The notes beneath the pieces are model-generated. The model saw only the letters and a program-made list of their open reading frames with translations, was not told the DNA's origin and did not search any database. Shown here one piece after another: positions 26,416 to 27,540 of a stretch of 27,540 bases of DNA. The position numbers and the translations under genes were made by a program. The stretch lies in the NCBI GenBank assembly GCA_051874735.1, contig JBJEGD010000041.1:1-27540 (forward strand), in the 5' to 3' direction. Positions within the stretch are counted from its first letter, which is position 1; the number at the start of each line of letters is the position of its first letter. This stretch comes from Candidatus Bruticola sp. GTDB taxonomy: Bacteria; Vulcanimicrobiota; Xenobia; Xenobiales; Xenobiaceae.

Positions 26416-26690
26416 TAAAATTCCGTAATTTCGGGCTTTTTCCTTCATTGGCTTCCCAGATGGTTTGCAAGAATTTTTTCCATCAGATCCGCTTTTTTAC
26501 AATTTAACGCCCTTTCAAGACCTATGAAATAGGAGCTGAAGGGGCGTTTTTTATTGTCGTTTAGGGGCTTAAAAAGCCTGAAAAAAGCGGATCCGTGCGG
26601 ATTTTTGTATTTTTTAAACTCCCAATTTTTTATCCGATCCAAAATTCCAAAAATTCATTTTAATAAAATCCCGAATTTTCGGCGTTTTTC
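26416..26690 (+). repeat. Imperfect 27-bp direct repeat pair (26416-26442 and 26664-26690)
   Basis: TAAAATTCCGTAATTTCGGGCTTTTTC vs TAAAATCCCGAATTTTCGGCGTTTTTC, 22/27 identical, each with a CCG-N6-CGG dyad. Confidence 0.6.
26486..26593. repeat. Nested inverted repeat / long hairpin with terminator-like core
   Basis: GATCCGCTTTTTT (26486-98) pairs with AAAAAAGCGGATC (26581-93); inner AACGCCCTTTCA/TGAAGGGGCGTT and CCTAT/ATAGG; T-tract follows the inner stem on the + strand. Confidence 0.65.
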
Positions 26691-26726
26691 TTGATTTAGC
26701 AAACGATCCAAGCGATCAATACGATC

Positions 26727-27053
26727 CTATTTTTTTTTCTTGTATTTAGGAATTTCTTTTAAGTCATTAAGATAATCTACGACTTTACTGCGACCAAGAG
26801 CATTTAGCTCGTCCATCGATTTCTCGATATCGCTTGTTGCTTGATCTCGTTCATCAAAAAACCAACTCACAGGGTGCCCTGATAATTCCGATAGCTTAAA
26901 AATCTGTTGCAACCTAGGTAAAGACGCGCCATTCTCCCATCTATTTACTGTGATTTCAGTTACATCCATCATATCAGCGAGTTGCGCTTGCGTTATTTTT
27001 TTCTGAGAACGAAATAGTTCTATCTTATAAGCCAAAATTTTTGAATCTTTCAT
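26727..27053 (-). CDS. XRE-family HTH phage repressor (no S24 peptidase domain)
   Basis: ITQAQLADMMDVTEITVNRWENGASLP HTH; 108 aa; divergent from the Cro-like gene. Confidence 0.85.
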   Translation of the reverse strand: MKDSKILAYKIELFRSQKKITQAQLADMMDVTEITVNRWENGASLPRLQQIFKLSELSGHPVSWFFDERDQATSDIEKSMDELNALGRSKVVDYLNDLKEIPKYKKKK

Positions 27054-27060
27054 GGGGCGT

Positions 27061-27142
27061 TATTAACATTTGCTGTTAATATTCCCTATTGACTTAACAT
27101 TATTCGATGTGTTTTAATATGAAAGTAAACATTTAATGTTAA
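27061..27142. promoter_or_regulatory. Lysis/lysogeny switch: operators and divergent promoters
   Basis: TATTAACA-N5-TGTTAATA (27061-81), TAAACA-N5-TGTTAA (27126-42), half-site TTAACA (27094-99); rightward -35 TTGACT (27089-94) and TGn-TTTAAT -10 (27113-18); RBS GAGGAG before 27161. Confidence 0.7.
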
Positions 27143-27160
27143 TCTAGCAGAGGAGTTCAC

Positions 27161-27379
27161 ATGAAAGGCTTACCTGGATTACGGCAATATCGTCAGAAGA
27201 AAAATCTTTCTCAGCAAGCGCTCGCCAAAGCACTTGGAGTTAGTCCAATTACGATTTGCCGTTATGAATGTGGAGCCGCTGATCCTAGGTTAAGTATGGT
27301 GGAAAAGATAGCTGATTATCTTGGCATATCAGAACGAGAATTGCTTTTCCCGGAACCAGAGGCTCATAGTGCTGATTAG
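27161..27379 (+). CDS. Cro/Ner-like XRE HTH regulator
   Basis: LSQQALAKALGVSPITICRYECGAADP HTH; 72 aa; RBS GAGGAG. Confidence 0.88.
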   Translation: MKGLPGLRQYRQKKNLSQQALAKALGVSPITICRYECGAADPRLSMVEKIADYLGISERELLFPEPEAHSAD

Positions 27380-27540
27380 TACCGCTGAAGCATCTGAATT
27401 ACTCGGCGTATCTGTTAGAAGAATCCAGTTGAATGCGAAATCTGGGAAGTATATTGCCCAAAGAATAGGTTCTGGTGCTAGAGCTAAGTACGAGATCGCC
27501 CTTGAATCCTTGCCTAAGGAAGCGCAGGAGCGGTACTGGG
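27369..27540 (+). CDS. MuA-like transposase N-terminal DNA-binding domain (partial)
   Basis: Manual translation from GTG 27369 (RBS AGAGG): MLISTAEASELLGVSVRRIQLNAKSGKYIAQRIGSGARAKYEIALESLPKEAQERYW; the Y.I..SLP.EAQ pattern resembles the Mu I-alpha winged HTH; overlaps the cro stop codon. Confidence 0.65.
   Translation, partial: MLISTAEASELLGVSVRRIQLNAKSGKYIAQRIGSGARAKYEIALESLPKEAQERYW

Larger units (their letters stand above)
26361..27540 (+). mobile_element. Left end of a Mu-like transposable prophage (continues beyond window)
   Basis: Gene order end region - leftward repressor - rightward Cro/Ner-like - MuA-like N-terminus matches Mu c-ner-A. Exact left boundary is uncertain (TG at 26361 or 26382). 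Confidence 0.72.

Noticed and set aside
26445-26642. 65-aa minus-strand ORF in the prophage end region
   Set aside because: Runs through inverted repeats and homopolymer tracts; no RBS or motif.
1-27540. CRISPR array, tRNA, rRNA or IS element
   Set aside because: No regularly spaced repeats, cloverleaf signatures, rRNA-like sequence or IS transposase seen by eye.

Overview
Bacterial chromosomal window, mostly housekeeping and lipid genes, ending in the left end of a Mu-like transposable prophage. Left to right: partial cdsA (missed by the ORF track), GT4 glycosyltransferase, squalene/phytoene synthase, PGM1-like ATP-grasp ligase, M19 dipeptidase and a Lys-rich hypothetical protein. A tight minus-strand operon follows, [coiled-coil + degenerate PilT]-yggS-sepF-hemW, with hutH, a GNAT and two signal-peptide proteins upstream of it. 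Next come a large two-HKD phospholipase D, engB/yihA, a type-2 valS with KMEKS in place of KMSKS, an anion permease, a DUF4126-like protein and an acidic hypothetical protein. From about 26361 there is a GATC-rich repeat region, an XRE repressor, a divergent Cro/Ner-like gene and the N-terminus of a MuA-like transposase (also missed by the ORF track). The most unusual item is the 735-aa PilT paralog: it has a ~350-aa coiled-coil/Ala-rich N-terminus, has lost the Walker B Glu, His-box and Arg residues, and heads an operon containing the cell-division gene sepF. sepF points to a Terrabacteria lineage; finer taxonomy cannot be established from this window. All family calls come from motif recognition by eye, not database searches.
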